NCBI RefSeq assembly: GCF_033153115.1
Contig: NW_026889761.1
Span: 9,176,001-9,240,000, forward strand
Length of the DNA stretch: 64,000 nt
Direction of reading: 5' to 3'
From: Saccostrea echinata
Lineage: Eukaryota
Position 1 is the first letter of the stretch. Every line of letters begins with the position of its first letter. Positions 63,201 through 64,000 of the stretch are shown in pieces. The notes beneath the pieces were generated by a model that had not been told where the DNA came from, ran no database searches, and was given only the letters and a program-made list of their open reading frames with translations. The position numbers and the translations under genes are program-made.

Positions 63201-64000
63201 CAAGCTATAGATAATATCTGCAAATTCTTACATTTGAAATTGTTACTCAGAAACTTTCTCACTGTATTATTCAGTCAAAAACTTGTCATGAGCATACAAT
63301 GTGCCTACATTGGTTCATTTTTTAATCTAAGAGTATATGGTTTGATTTGATAAGTTGAGAACTTGTGTGTATACTGTAGATTCCTAAATGTATGCGAGGA
63401 ATAAATTAAAGCGTAATTACACGAGAAGCACCACTTGTGAAATAAAATTACTCACTTTTATTTTTATGGTGCTTTAATGCATGTAAAATCCCTAGATAAA
63501 TCACCCATTTGCAAATTATTGTTCTCGCGATTTGACGCCCTTGGGCCTTTTCGCGACATTAAGTACTCGCGTAAAATAAGGAATCTACAGTACTTGATAA
63601 ACTTACAGACTTGTGCTGGTGTTTCTGGAGGACACTGACAAATGATTTGTATGAAGTCGGATAATCAGCCAGGGCAGTGCAACAGTCTGTGTGCAATGTC
63701 ACCTTACTGTAATCAAGAATAAAATATCACCATTTTAAAAATTTTATTATTAGACATATGTACTTTAATATAAATACTCACATCTCCTCTGATTTTGAGA
63801 CAGCTTTATCATGCCTTATCTACGCCATGGATCATTGACTTTCAAGTTTTTATTTAGTTTGTAGTCAAGTGGTAAGCTGACATCAAATGCCAGATGTTTA
63901 CAGCATACGCATATAATAAATCTATATCAACAATAGTCTGATAGTAAGACATCACTAGTTACCTAAATATTCTGGAGATATTAAGCATGAGGTCCCCATC
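60256..64000 (-). CDS. ARMC2: Armadillo repeat-containing protein 2, 3' exons (5' part beyond the right edge)
   Basis: Exons >64000-63963, 63706-63607, 63120-62980, 62814-62640, 62315-62193, 61991-61878, 61696-61564, 60817-60657, 60422-60256, phase-consistent. Peptides RVSFVLGNMTAKN, DVLIKVIRVIANLSI, EELVLNTVATINNLSFY, EACRVFANLT, CGVLINF, LRDFSKTDWELASLVCQILWNYS and FCPVAEQLLQRI resemble the ARMC2 C-terminal half as I recall it. Confidence 0.9.
60910..61315 (+). mobile_element. Highly degenerate HINE-like element in an ARMC2 intron
   Basis: 5' palindrome ctttgc-ct-gcaaag, tctgcctgtccatctgtc microsatellite relic, tgaccttgacc-type unit, 3' hairpin gtgttc-ttag-gaacac. Confidence 0.5.
63374..63590. 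mobile_element. MITE with TA target site
   Basis: ta|CTGTAGATTCCT...AGGAATCTACAG|ta. Confidence 0.8.

Noticed and set aside
5209-64000. Functional link between the X-box array and the ciliary gene ARMC2
   Set aside because: More than 55 kb apart with two genes between them, and the ARMC2 promoter is outside the window

Overview
AT-rich eukaryotic (spliceosomal GT-AG introns) scaffold with three N gaps. The repeat content and gene set suggest a bivalve mollusc, probably an oyster (inference). I assembled four intron-containing genes by hand with consistent splice phases: (1) a three-BIR inhibitor-of-apoptosis gene on the minus strand, apparently continuing off the left edge; (2) a ~900-aa DSTYK/Dusty-like fusion of a dynamin-like GTPase, a hydrophobic segment and a Ser/Thr kinase (-, 29596-38262); (3) an 831-aa secreted, probably GPI-anchored protein made of two GPR158/GPR179-type Cache+EGF ectodomain units separated by a furin site, with no 7TM region (+, 43949-57232); (4) the 3' part of ARMC2 (-). 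The rest is mobile DNA: 11 pieces of Naiad-type Penelope-like retroelements (N-terminal GIY-YIG, CxC linker, RT), Helentron-type HINEs with internal tandem arrays, Harbinger/Kolobok/TA-target MITEs, tRNA-derived SINEs, a Tx1/L1-like RT relic and probable solo LTRs. The best novelty candidates are the 7TM-less twin-Cache protein, the dynamin-kinase fusion with a degenerate G4 motif, and a covarying kink-turn/SECIS-core-like RNA motif at the Naiad 3' end whose intronic copies are all antisense to their host genes. All family calls come from motif recognition; no searches were run.
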